A stretch of 54,982 nucleotides of DNA, taken from Clostridia bacterium (GTDB lineage: Bacteria; Bacillota; Clostridia; Christensenellales; Pumilibacteraceae). The translations under genes were made by a program, and so were the position numbers. This document shows positions 8,617 through 17,893 of this stretch, in pieces. The notes under the pieces are model-generated. The model saw only the letters and a list, made by a program, of their open reading frames with translations, did no database searches and was not told the DNA's origin. The stretch covers positions 1 to 54,982 of the forward strand of contig JAFQMX010000040.1 in assembly GCA_017396125.1 (NCBI GenBank), given 5' to 3'. How positions within the stretch are numbered: position 1 is the first letter of the stretch; each line of letters opens with the position of its first letter.

Positions 8617-9281
8617 TGATCGAAGTTTTGCGAGAGTTTGCCGACCAAGAGTATTTGAGATTTAATTCGCGTTTGGTGCATTCGGCTTATCCTATGATGG
8701 GAATAAGAATACCGGATATCCGCAAGCTTGCCGTAAAAATGACCAAAGCAGAGCAGGAGGATTTTTTGAGTAATCCTCCCGTTTGGTATGAAGAAGTTTT
8801 GCTTTTTGGCTTGGTGCTGTCAAGGTCAGAGCAGGTTTTGGACGGTTTTGGGAAATATTTGCCGTACATAGACAACTGGGCGACCTGCGACACAGTCGTG
8901 CTGTCGTTTAAGAAAATTCAAAAGCACCGTAATGAATTTTTGGCACGGTTTGCATCGCTTGCAGAAGGCACAGAATTTGAACGTCGTGCGCTCGTCGTTG
9001 CGCTTTTGGGCTTCTTTTTGACGGAGGAGCACGTGGACGAGGCGATTGACCTTGCATTAAAAGCCGACGACGGAAGATATTACGTTTCGATGGCTACGGC
9101 GTGGCTATTGGCTACGGCTCTAATAAAATTTCCGAGCAGAGTTACGGCAGCATTAGAGAGCGGAAGAGTGCGAGAGGAAACGTTTAAGCGCACCGTGCGT
9201 AAGGCGATAGAGTCGTACAGAGTTACGCCCGATATGAAACTCAGATTGCGACAAATGCAAGCGCTGAGTCGCAAAAAATAA
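8616..9281 (+). CDS. DNA alkylation repair protein (AlkD-like HEAT-repeat family)
   Basis: IRIPDIRKLA, YEEVLLFGL and DNWATCD segments match the DNA_alkylation family pattern. 1-nt TAATG overlap with the ACP gene. Confidence 0.75.
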   Translation: MIEVLREFADQEYLRFNSRLVHSAYPMMGIRIPDIRKLAVKMTKAEQEDFLSNPPVWYEEVLLFGLVLSRSEQVLDGFGKYLPYIDNWATCDTVVLSFKKIQKHRNEFLARFASLAEGTEFERRALVVALLGFFLTEEHVDEAIDLALKADDGRYYVSMATAWLLATALIKFPSRVTAALESGRVREETFKRTVRKAIESYRVTPDMKLRLRQMQALSRKK

Positions 9282-9331
9282 TATGCGTATGTTGAAATTT
9301 TGACCGTAGTAATAAAAAGGGAGTTGAGCTT

Positions 9332-9532
9332 ATGCAAAATGAGGAACAGCTTAATACTGAGGCGTCCGGACAGGGCGAGCAGTCGCAATCCGTGGCAAAG
9401 CCGATTGTGCCAAAAAAAGTAGATGTTTTGGCGGAAAAGAAAAAACGCGCGTTAAAAGAAACGGCAAATTTCAAGAAAAAGTACTTTGACTATTACGACG
9501 ACATAAAGATTTCAGCAAGAGAAGATTGGTAG
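9332..9532 (+). CDS. small hydrophilic hypothetical protein (66 aa)
   Basis: SD AAGGGAG. Followed by a perfect 10-bp hairpin. No recognised motif. Confidence 0.45.
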   Translation: MQNEEQLNTEASGQGEQSQSVAKPIVPKKVDVLAEKKKRALKETANFKKKYFDYYDDIKISAREDW

Positions 9533-9536
9533 AAAG

Positions 9537-9565
9537 AACGGGCGGAAAAACTTCCGCCCGTTTGT
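9537..9565. terminator. bidirectional hairpin terminator
   Basis: AACGGGCGGA (9537-9546) / TCCGCCCGTT (9553-9562), a perfect 10-bp stem between convergent genes. Confidence 0.7.
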
Positions 9566-9579
9566 AGAATTTATAAAAC

Positions 9580-10494
9580 TTATTTGAAATTAGGTAAATA
9601 TATTTCGTAGCCCTTGTCTGTTTTTTTATTTTCAGTTTCGGGTTTGTTTTCTTTGTTTTTATCGATTTTGCCGTTTAAAATTGCTTCCAGGTTGTCTTTT
9701 TTTGCTAGAGAGTAAATTGTAAGTCCTATAGAGAGTAGCGCTACAAACAATGCGTGGAAAAGTGTGAACCATTCAAAAAACTTGAAGTGAATGGCAACTA
9801 TTATAGAAAAGATTGAATAAGGAATCAAAAAAAACAAAATTGCTAAAACATATTTTTTCTCTTTCTCTAATTTCTTTTGTAAAATTGGTTTTAGTAACGG
9901 ATTTCTTATTTTGGGCATATTGTCCTTGTTTAAAGGGTATAGTCGTATTAATATTAAAGCAAAAACGTAGACAAGCGGAGATAATATGCACCATACCCAT
10001 AGACCAAATGAATTAAAGTTAAGAGTTCCATTGATATTTATACTAGCACTTACAAGGTATGTAGAAAATGCAAAAACTACAGCATACAAAGGAATTAGTG
10101 TAAAAAGAGAGCTTAGTGAAATCCAACAAATGAGTCCTCGGCATGTTTTTTGAATATTATTTATCAGTAATAAGCTAAACAAATAAATCAATATAGGGAC
10201 GAAAAGTACCAGCAACAATGTAAAAGGTTTGGTTGAATGCACGTTGAAGAAAAACAGCCAAGGAGTTTGAAGTGCTGAAAATAGCAACAAAGCAGTAGCG
10301 CTGATCCTAATTGCCATGAAAATGCATTTGCGGTGCTTTTGTTTGGCAAATATTGCGCAGACGGAGAATAAGAAAATAGATAAACAAAGGACACAAATGA
10401 CATGTACGCAGGGATGGTGAGAAAACGCAAGCCAAATCATTAATCCCAAGCATAACGCAGAGTTTATTGAACTAAAAACTATTCGTTTTTTCAT
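9580..10494 (-). CDS. polytopic membrane protein, unknown function (AT-rich gene)
   Basis: SD AGGAG before ATG 10494. About 8-9 hydrophobic helices. Lys/Asn-rich C-terminal tail. Visibly lower GC than the flanks. Confidence 0.6.
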   Translation of the reverse strand: MKKRIVFSSINSALCLGLMIWLAFSHHPCVHVICVLCLSIFLFSVCAIFAKQKHRKCIFMAIRISATALLLFSALQTPWLFFFNVHSTKPFTLLLVLFVPILIYLFSLLLINNIQKTCRGLICWISLSSLFTLIPLYAVVFAFSTYLVSASININGTLNFNSFGLWVWCILSPLVYVFALILIRLYPLNKDNMPKIRNPLLKPILQKKLEKEKKYVLAILFFLIPYSIFSIIVAIHFKFFEWFTLFHALFVALLSIGLTIYSLAKKDNLEAILNGKIDKNKENKPETENKKTDKGYEIYLPNFK

Positions 10495-10708
10495 GTGGCG
10501 TACTCCTTTTAGACGTATATCACGTGCGTCTATAGGCTTTTGTTTAATTATAACACATATTTTATATTTGTCAATACCCCAAGTTGAAAGCAAACAGTGG
10601 ATATTTGGCGTGGAAATGTAAAATTATTTAATTAAATTGCAGTCAATGGCGTGGGTGATACGTACAGAGAACTAGTTTTTATGCTTTTGACGCAAGTGGA
10701 GAGGTAAA

Positions 10709-11593
10709 GTGAGAAATTTTATTACCGCAAATGAATATTTTCTTTCTGTTTTTGGGCAAAAGGTGTATAAGATTGCTCTCGACGGCGGTATGAGTTGTCC
10801 AAATCGCAGTTTGGACAAAAAAGGTGGCTGTATTTTTTGCAGTAGCGGTGGTAGCGGAGAGTTTGCGCAACAGCAGTGCGACAGCGTGCCTGAGCAAATA
10901 TCCGGCGCAATAAAGCTGGTGGAAAGCAAAAAACCGCGTAAGTTTATTGCCTACTTTCAGAGCTATACCAACACTTACGCACCGCTTGAATATCTAAAAA
11001 GCATTTTTGTTCCGGCAATATCAGACGAGCGAATTTGCGCGCTGTCCATAGCCACCCGTCCCGATTGCTTGGAGCAATCCGTGGTAGATTTTCTCGGGGG
11101 ACTAAACGAAGTTAAGCCCGTTTTCGTAGAACTTGGACTGCAAACCGCCAGCGATGCGACCGCAAAAATTATCAACCGCGGATACGAAACGGCAGTTTAT
11201 CTCGACGCGGTTAAAAGACTCAAGGAGGCGGGAATTAACGTAATCACTCACGTAATTATCGGACTGCCGGGCGAGGGGAAAAGCGAGCTTATGGACACGA
11301 TAAAAACTTTTAACGACAGTGGTAGCGATGGAATAAAGCTTCAGCTTTTGCACGTGCTAAAGGACACTCAGCTAAACAAAATGTACGAAAAAGGTGAGTA
11401 CGTACCGCTGGAAAAGCGACAGTATATAGATTTGCTTATGCTTGCTTTGCGGTCGTTGCGCCCCGGTACAGTGGTGCATCGCATGACGGGAGATCCGCCA
11501 AAACGGCTACTCGTTGCGCCACTTTGGCCTGCGGACAAAAAGAGAGTACTAAACGATATAACGAGTGCGCTGAAGGAACAATTTGGCGAGTAG
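10709..11593 (+). CDS. TIGR01212-family radical SAM protein (YtqA-like)
   Basis: CPNRSLDKKGGCIFCS cluster, YFQSYTNTYAP and IATRPDC segments. GTG start with SD GGAGAGG. Confidence 0.8.
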   Translation: MRNFITANEYFLSVFGQKVYKIALDGGMSCPNRSLDKKGGCIFCSSGGSGEFAQQQCDSVPEQISGAIKLVESKKPRKFIAYFQSYTNTYAPLEYLKSIFVPAISDERICALSIATRPDCLEQSVVDFLGGLNEVKPVFVELGLQTASDATAKIINRGYETAVYLDAVKRLKEAGINVITHVIIGLPGEGKSELMDTIKTFNDSGSDGIKLQLLHVLKDTQLNKMYEKGEYVPLEKRQYIDLLMLALRSLRPGTVVHRMTGDPPKRLLVAPLWPADKKRVLNDITSALKEQFGE

Positions 11594-11680
11594 TAAAATT
11601 TAATTGATAACTATTTAATTAATCGAGCTAAGATAAAGTTTGCTTAAAGAATTTGTAATAGAAAATTTGACGGATAAAAA

Positions 11681-11710
11681 GGATATTGCGCTTTTGCAAT
11701 ACCCTTTTTT
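11681..11710. terminator. bidirectional terminator
   Basis: GGATATTGC / GCAATACCC stem (1 mismatch), flanked by A5 and T6. Between convergent genes. Confidence 0.65.
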
Positions 11711-11732
11711 CGTTGCATAAATTTGTTTTTCG

Positions 11733-12614
11733 TTAACCCTTGTTTGGCAAGCGGGATTCGCCAAAGAACGCCATACCAAAAGTGCCTGCACCCGTGTGTG
11801 CGCCGATTGTTGGGCCTATCCAGCCCTTTTTTATTTTGCCCTTAAATCCGCGTGCGCGCACCATTTGGGCGAATTCGTCCATTTTTTCTTCCGCATCTGC
11901 CCCGGCCAGATACAGAGTTTCGCAATGCCCCGCGTTGTACTTAAAGAAGGTTTCTACGCCGTACGCCATAGCTTTTTTCGTGCCGTTGAGCTTGTTTGCT
12001 ACGGTGAGCTTGCCCAGATTGTCTATGATAAGCACGGGCTTGATTTTTAGCAGGGTTCCCACGTGCGCCGCAGGTCCGCTAACTCGTCCACCTCGCTTGA
12101 GATGCATAAGGTCGTCCACGAAAATCCATACTTGAAGGTTGTTTTTAAGCGCGTCGAGAGTGTCGGCAACGAGCGAAAAATCAATATTTTCTTTGCGCAG
12201 CTGCATTGCTTTGTCGAGAAGCGCTCGGTGTGCCTGGGTTGCAGAAAGAGTGTCGATAATTCGTATCGACAGTCCCGGATATTTTTCCATGGCGCATTCC
12301 GCTCCCACTACCGCGCTGTTGTAGGTGTTGCTAAGTCCGCCGGAGAGAGAAAGATGCAGAATTTGTGTGTTGCCTTTTTTGAAGAGGTCGACAAAAAATT
12401 CCTCATGCAAATACGAATTGATTTGCGAGGTTACGGGCATAGCGCCCTCGCGCAAAAGCGCGTAAAATTGCTTGAATTCCTGATTCGAGCTGAATTCGTC
12501 AAAGTGCGTTACCCCATCTATCGTGTAAGATAGCGGAATATAAGGTATGCCCAAACTTTGTAATTCGGTTCTTGGCACGTCGCAGGAAGTATCGGTTGTT
12601 AGTAAAAATGACAT
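11733..12614 (-). CDS. DegV-family fatty-acid-binding protein
   Basis: N-terminal LLTTDTSCDVP, SLSGGLS and length of about 290 aa are typical of DegV. SD GGAG. Confidence 0.85.
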   Translation of the reverse strand: MSFLLTTDTSCDVPRTELQSLGIPYIPLSYTIDGVTHFDEFSSNQEFKQFYALLREGAMPVTSQINSYLHEEFFVDLFKKGNTQILHLSLSGGLSNTYNSAVVGAECAMEKYPGLSIRIIDTLSATQAHRALLDKAMQLRKENIDFSLVADTLDALKNNLQVWIFVDDLMHLKRGGRVSGPAAHVGTLLKIKPVLIIDNLGKLTVANKLNGTKKAMAYGVETFFKYNAGHCETLYLAGADAEEKMDEFAQMVRARGFKGKIKKGWIGPTIGAHTGAGTFGMAFFGESRLPNKG

Positions 12615-12814
12615 TAAAGCTCCGATGGACGGAAAATAATCGCTTGAAATTTTACGATTGTGCAGGTTGAATGCACTTTGATGAAATTTTCAAAAAAATC
12701 CGATTAGTCGCCCAAATTTATTATAGCATAATTTTGTAATAAAAGCACCTGATTTTTGAAAGTTTTACGCAGAACTTTGATATTGCTTGGAAATTTATTG
12801 GTCGGCTTAGGCGT

Positions 12815-13351
12815 TTACAGCTTAACGTGACAGGTAATTGCATTTGCGCTGACGGACGCTACTTGATTTTCGTCGGCAAAAACTACGAATAACTCGCCTT
12901 GGAGCAGGTGATGGATTTTTTCCAGCCGTACGGTGGTGGGTTCTACGGCGTACAGACAGTTGAAGCCCGCGCTGATTTTCCACTCCTGACAAACCGCCAT
13001 TTTGCCGTCTACACCCTTTAGCATCAAGTTGAAATCAGTTGCCTTGCCTTTGCTGTGAGTAGGGGTGTCGCCACTAAAGCGGTAAGGCTCGCTTAGCGGT
13101 GTCAGGGTTATGGGGCTAGATCCGGGGTGAGTCAAGGTGAACTCTCCCGAAAGCGGCGTGATAAAACGCACTACGCCGGCGAGCGGAGTAAAGTCGCTTT
13201 CGTCAAGGTCTATTTTTGCCGAGCTGATTCGAAAGGAAAAATTGCGGGTAGAATAGTCTGCGCCCTTTGGCCAAATGAACAGTTCGGTGGTAGTACCGCC
13301 CGACCATTTGCCCACCTTGTAATCTTTTTCCGTCAAATGATAAATACGCAT
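12815..13351 (-). CDS. HutD/Ves-family protein
   Basis: KWSGGTTTELFIWP N-terminal signature and length of about 180 aa. Confidence 0.7.
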   Translation of the reverse strand: MRIYHLTEKDYKVGKWSGGTTTELFIWPKGADYSTRNFSFRISSAKIDLDESDFTPLAGVVRFITPLSGEFTLTHPGSSPITLTPLSEPYRFSGDTPTHSKGKATDFNLMLKGVDGKMAVCQEWKISAGFNCLYAVEPTTVRLEKIHHLLQGELFVVFADENQVASVSANAITCHVKL

Positions 13352-13465
13352 AGTTACGTCCTCGCTGAATTTTGATTTCTTAATAGATTATAGCAGGAAA
13401 ATATAAATATTTCAATTTTTATTGGGGATTTGTCATCAAGTTTCTTACATTTAATGCCGTTTCAC

Positions 13466-13494
13466 TTGCTTTTTTATTTTGGGTGGGTTATAAT
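13466..13494 (+). promoter_or_regulatory. sigma-A-type promoter for the aminotransferase gene
   Basis: TTGCTT (13466-13471), 17 nt, TATAAT (13489-13494). Confidence 0.5.
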
Positions 13495-13528
13495 CTCTTT
13501 GAACCAAAAAATTTATCTGGAGGATAAT

Positions 13529-14719
13529 ATGGAAATCAGCAAAAGAGCGCAAGGAATTGCTCCTTCGCTTACATTGGAAATCACTGCTAAAGCAAAGGCT
13601 ATGAAGGCTGCAGGCAAAGACGTCGTTTCGTTCGGCGCAGGTGAACCTGACTTCAATACCCCTGACTATATTGTTGAGGCTGCAAAAGAAGCACTCGCAA
13701 AGGGTGTTACCAGATATACTGCGGCAAGCGGTACGCCTGAAGTTAAAAAGGCTGTTTGTGAAGCGCTCAAGGCGGACGGTATGTCCTATGAGCCTAACCA
13801 AATCGTAGTTTCTAACGGCGCAAAGCATTGTCTTACCAACGCTTTCCTTTGTACCGTTAACGAAGGCGACGAGGTTATTATTCCTGCTCCGTTCTGGTTG
13901 ACCTACCCAGAGCTCGTTAAGCTTGCGGGCGGTATTCCTGTTATTTTGAAGGCTAAGAAAGAAAACGGCTACAAAATCACCGTAGAGGATCTCAAAAATA
14001 CCATCACCCCTAAGACCAAGGCTATTCTTCTTTGCAACCCTTGCAACCCATCCGGTATCGTTTACAGCAAGGAAGAAATCTTCGAGTTCGCTGCGTTCCT
14101 CGAGGACAAAGATATTTACATCATCAGCGACGAAATTTACAACAAGCTTTCTTACGACACCGAGGTTGTTTCCATCTCTACCTATTCGGAAAAGATTAAG
14201 GAAAAGACCATCGTTATCAACGGTGTAAGTAAGTCTTACGCTATGACCGGTTGGCGTATTGGTTGGTCGGCAAGTAATCCTAAGCTCGCTAAGGCTATGG
14301 GTAGCTTGCAGAGCCATTGTACTTCTAACCCTAACAGTATCGCACAGTACGCTACCGTTGCTGCGTACACCAAGCCAGAGGGTAAGGAATTTATCGACAG
14401 TCTTTACGGTGTGTTTAAGGAAAGACGTGACCTTATGGTAGACGTTCTCGGCAAGATGGGCGCAGAAATCATCAAGCCTCAGGGTGCGTTCTACGTAATG
14501 GTAGACGTTAGCCGTTACTTTGGAAAGAAATTCAACGGCGAGCATATCGACAGCGCACACAAGATTGCTATGCTTCTTATCGATAACTACGATATGGCAG
14601 TTATTCCTTGTGAATCCTTTGGCGCGGACAACTTTATCCGCCTCAGCTACGCTATCAGCAAAGAGGATATCGTAAAAGGTCTCGACAGACTCGACGATTT
14701 CTTTAACAAAATTGCTTAA
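13529..14719 (+). CDS. pyridoxal-phosphate-dependent aspartate aminotransferase
   Basis: SD GGAGG before ATG 13529. SFGAGEPDF, NPCNPSG and SKSYAMTGWRIG (PLP-Lys) class-I aminotransferase motifs. Confidence 0.9.
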   Translation: MEISKRAQGIAPSLTLEITAKAKAMKAAGKDVVSFGAGEPDFNTPDYIVEAAKEALAKGVTRYTAASGTPEVKKAVCEALKADGMSYEPNQIVVSNGAKHCLTNAFLCTVNEGDEVIIPAPFWLTYPELVKLAGGIPVILKAKKENGYKITVEDLKNTITPKTKAILLCNPCNPSGIVYSKEEIFEFAAFLEDKDIYIISDEIYNKLSYDTEVVSISTYSEKIKEKTIVINGVSKSYAMTGWRIGWSASNPKLAKAMGSLQSHCTSNPNSIAQYATVAAYTKPEGKEFIDSLYGVFKERRDLMVDVLGKMGAEIIKPQGAFYVMVDVSRYFGKKFNGEHIDSAHKIAMLLIDNYDMAVIPCESFGADNFIRLSYAISKEDIVKGLDRLDDFFNKIA

Positions 14720-14732
14720 TAGTAAGTAAAAG

Positions 14733-14785
14733 TACGGCGATAAAGAACGATTGTTTTTTTGTCGCCGTAATTTTATATTTTTTGC
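14733..14785 (+). terminator. terminator after the aminotransferase gene
   Basis: TACGGCGA (14733-14740) / TCGCCGTA (14762-14769), followed by T-rich sequence. Confidence 0.55.
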
Positions 14786-14892
14786 TTGATCTGATGCGAA
14801 TTTTTTGGTTTTTGACAAAAATTTAGCATTAGGTTAATAATAATTTCTTATAGTTAGTAATATTTTTATAATCAAAGCGTGAATTACGCAAA

Positions 14893-15903
14893 ATGGGAAT
14901 AATGGAAGAGAAAAAGAGAATTTTCAGCGCGCTCAAGCCTACGGGAAAAATGACTCTGGGTAACTATATTGGTGCGGTAAAAAATATGGTGGCGTTGCAG
15001 GACGAGTACGACTGCTTTTATGCCGTGGCGGATTTGCACAGCATAACGGTGGATATTTTACCTGCAGAGCTTCGCAAAAATTCGTTGGATATGTTTGCGT
15101 TGCTCTTGGCGTTTGGCGTAGATCCTGGGAGAAGTACGTTGTTCGTTCAGTCTCACGTGCCGGCGCATAGCCAGCTTTCGTGGGTGCTTAATTGCTACAC
15201 TCAATTCGGCGAGGCTAGGCGTATGACGCAGTTTAAGGAAAAAAGCGCCAAAGACCCGTCTAACGTAAACATGGGACTTTTTGATTATCCCGTGCTTATG
15301 GCGGCGGATATTTTGTTGTACCAAGCCGACGTCGTACCTATCGGGAAAGACCAGACTCAGCACCTTGAGCTTGCTAGAAATATTGCCGAGCGTTTCAATA
15401 ACAAGTATTCGCCGACATTCGTAGTGCCCGAGGGCTATTACGCAAAGACGGGGTACAAGGTGGGCAACCTTCTCGATCCTACCGCAAAAATGGGCAAGAC
15501 CGACGATAACAGCAACGGCACGGTATTTATTCTCGACTCCGACGATGAAATTTTGCGCAAATTCAAGCGCGCCGTTACCGACAGCGGTAGCGAAATAATT
15601 TTCTCCGACGACAAGCCTGGCATCAGCAATCTTCTTACTATTTTCTGTGCTATTACCGGCAAGACTCCGGCAGAAGCGGAGCAGTATTTTGCGGGTAAAA
15701 ACTACGCTTATCTCAAAGACGAGGTGGGCAGCGCAGTCGTAGAATTCTTGCGTCCCGTAAAGCAGGAGTATGCTAGACTTGTATCTGACAAAAAATATTT
15801 ATCCGATGTTATGGCGACGAGCGCCGAAAAAGCTTCCAAGGTGGCGTTTAAAACCTTGAGCAAGGTGTATCGCAAGGTCGGATTTTTGGGCAGGGAATTG
15901 TAA
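14893..15903 (+). CDS. trpS: tryptophan--tRNA ligase
   Basis: TLGNYIGA (HIGH-equivalent), KMGKTD (KMSKS-equivalent), length of about 335 aa. Alternative start at 14902. Confidence 0.9.
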   Translation: MGIMEEKKRIFSALKPTGKMTLGNYIGAVKNMVALQDEYDCFYAVADLHSITVDILPAELRKNSLDMFALLLAFGVDPGRSTLFVQSHVPAHSQLSWVLNCYTQFGEARRMTQFKEKSAKDPSNVNMGLFDYPVLMAADILLYQADVVPIGKDQTQHLELARNIAERFNNKYSPTFVVPEGYYAKTGYKVGNLLDPTAKMGKTDDNSNGTVFILDSDDEILRKFKRAVTDSGSEIIFSDDKPGISNLLTIFCAITGKTPAEAEQYFAGKNYAYLKDEVGSAVVEFLRPVKQEYARLVSDKKYLSDVMATSAEKASKVAFKTLSKVYRKVGFLGREL

Positions 15904-16769
15904 TGTACGGCTACGTGGTTCCGCACAAAGAAAATTTATCTCAGCAGGACTTTATTTTGTACCGCTCGTTTTATTGCGGAACTTGTATAAATACAGGCAG
16001 GTTGTTTGGGCTGTTGCCGAGATTTACCACCAATTACGATATGGTTTTCTTTGCGCTACTAGCCTTTGACGCTAAAAACGAGCCGGTGGAGTTTAAGGAA
16101 ACTCCTTGCGTGCTCAATCCAAAAAAGAAGCTTACCGTGGGCGGTGGTGGGCTGCTTGACAAAATTTCCGCTCTTAATATTTTGCTTTGTTACTACAAGG
16201 CGGTGGACGGCGTAGTGGACGGCGAGGGCACCAAGTACCGAGTTTTGAAAAAGGTGCTGAAAAAGCCTTATGAAAAGGCAAAGGCCATGCTCCCCGAGGC
16301 CGACGCTATCATAGACAAAATGTACGTTGAGCTTAGGCAAATCGAAAAGGACGCTACCGCAGGACTGGACCGAGCGGCACATCCGTTTGCGCAGATGATG
16401 AGTGACGTTACGGCGCACCTTTTGGGTGAGGTTGCCGACGAAAATCTTTTGGGGCTAATGTACAATTTGGGCAAGTTCGTTTATCTTACCGACGCGCTGG
16501 ACGACAAGGACGAGGACGACAAAAAGGGCAGGTTTAATCCTTTTAGCGTCGTTTATGGCAAGGTTTCGGGCAAGGAACTGCGTGAAAAGAATTTGGAAGA
16601 ACTGCAATTTGCTTTTGCGGTGATAAGCAATCGCATGGCAGAGTGCTTTAATAATATGAAATTCAACCAAAGTTATACTTTGATGCAAAATATCGTATAC
16701 TTTGGTGTGAGAAATAAAATAAAAGAACTGTTGGCGAGTAGCAAAAAATTGCCTCCGCCAAAGATTTAG
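15903..16769 (+). CDS. DUF5685-like protein
   Basis: N-terminus MYGYVVPHKENLSQQDFILYRSFYCGTC matches my recollection of the DUF5685 signature. Acidic DALDDKDEDD segment. Start overlaps the trpS stop (TAATG). Confidence 0.55.
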   Translation: MYGYVVPHKENLSQQDFILYRSFYCGTCINTGRLFGLLPRFTTNYDMVFFALLAFDAKNEPVEFKETPCVLNPKKKLTVGGGGLLDKISALNILLCYYKAVDGVVDGEGTKYRVLKKVLKKPYEKAKAMLPEADAIIDKMYVELRQIEKDATAGLDRAAHPFAQMMSDVTAHLLGEVADENLLGLMYNLGKFVYLTDALDDKDEDDKKGRFNPFSVVYGKVSGKELREKNLEELQFAFAVISNRMAECFNNMKFNQSYTLMQNIVYFGVRNKIKELLASSKKLPPPKI

Positions 16770-16790
16770 ACCACTAGTTAGGAGTAAAGA

Positions 16791-17372
16791 ATGAATCCTT
16801 ATAAGGTTTTAGGAAAAGAAAAAGGCGATAGTTTTGAAGAACTCAAAGCAAGATACGACGAGTTGAAGGCTATTTATAGTGAACAGCGCTTCAAAGAAGG
16901 CGAGGAAGGCAACGAGGGAGCAAAAAAATTGACCGAGCTTGAGGATGCTTGGGCTATGATTTTGGCAGACTGCGACGTGAAGACTGCCGAAGAAATGGGT
17001 AACGATTATTCTAAAGTAGAGGAACTTATCCGCTTGGGGAAACTTACCAACGCTCAAGAGATTATGGACAACGTAACGTTGCGTGACGGCAAGTGGCACT
17101 ACTATCAATCGGTTATTTATTATAAGCGCGATTGGATGCAGGAGAGCAAAAAACAGTTGGAGCTTGCTATTGAGTGTGAACCTGACAACCAAAAGTACAA
17201 GGACACCTTGGAGCGTCTCGTAAAGGTTATGGGCAATCCTAACACTAATCCGCGCAATATGGGCGCACCGCCTGTTGAAGATCCGATGATGACGGGCAAC
17301 TGCCTTTCTAACTGCTGTATGGCGTACTGTTGCAGTGAGCTTTGCTGTAGTGCGATGAGGTGCTGTGGCTAA
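16791..17372 (+). CDS. J-domain-like / TPR protein with a C-terminal cysteine string
   Basis: NPYKVLG...ELKARYDELKAIY resembles J-domain helices I-II but has no HPD. One TPR-like motif. The last 23 aa contain 9 Cys (CLSNCCMAYCCSELCCSAMRCCG). Confidence 0.6.
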   Translation: MNPYKVLGKEKGDSFEELKARYDELKAIYSEQRFKEGEEGNEGAKKLTELEDAWAMILADCDVKTAEEMGNDYSKVEELIRLGKLTNAQEIMDNVTLRDGKWHYYQSVIYYKRDWMQESKKQLELAIECEPDNQKYKDTLERLVKVMGNPNTNPRNMGAPPVEDPMMTGNCLSNCCMAYCCSELCCSAMRCCG

Positions 17373-17374
17373 TT

Positions 17375-17893
17375 ATGCAACCGTCCGCAAGAAAAATTGC
17401 ATACGCCGCTACCTTTACGGCAGTTTCGGTGGTGGCAATCGTTGCATCGAGGTATTTGCCCGTTACGCTTACGGCGTTGCTTGCGTGTAGCGTGTGCTAT
17501 TTTTTGTGTTTGATGAGATGCGGAATCGGCTACGGATTGCTGTGCATAACCGCGTCGCTCGTCTTTTCGTTTATTTTAGGCGGAGTGGGAACTGTGTTTT
17601 TGCTTGACGCGGTGCTTTTTGCGCCGTACAGTTTGCTGGCGTATTTGATGAAAAAGTTGCGTTATTCTGGCAAAACGGCGGTGATAAGGGCAGGAATTAT
17701 CGTGGTTTTTGCAAATATCGTGTTTGCGCTGATATATTATCTTTTGACGTCGCATATATCGTACGACTTTGCGGTCATGGCTGAAAAGTTTGGGGGTTAT
17801 GCGGTGCTGGCTGTTATAGTATCGGGCTTTGGGCTCGTTACCGACTACCTGTTTTTGCAGGCAACGGAGTATTTTATAAAGAGATTCAGATGA
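17375..17893 (+). CDS. polytopic membrane protein, unknown function
   Basis: Starts 3 nt after the preceding stop. About 5-6 TM helices. No motif recognised. Confidence 0.55.
   Translation: MQPSARKIAYAATFTAVSVVAIVASRYLPVTLTALLACSVCYFLCLMRCGIGYGLLCITASLVFSFILGGVGTVFLLDAVLFAPYSLLAYLMKKLRYSGKTAVIRAGIIVVFANIVFALIYYLLTSHISYDFAVMAEKFGGYAVLAVIVSGFGLVTDYLFLQATEYFIKRFR

Noticed and set aside
13451-14818. 455-aa ORF antisense to the aminotransferase gene.
   Set aside because: It fully overlaps a gene with unmistakable PLP-aminotransferase motifs. Its translation is Arg/Leu/Val/Phe-rich and low in complexity, with no motif, SD or sensible start context. It is best explained by sense-strand codon bias that avoids TTA/CTA/TCA.
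14720-14892. Expected T-box leader upstream of trpS.
   Set aside because: Only about 170 nt are available, and these already contain the upstream terminator and a promoter. I see no specifier-loop or T-box (AANNNGGGTGGNACCGCG-like) sequence and no terminator/antiterminator pair. Absence cannot be proven without a covariance-model search.
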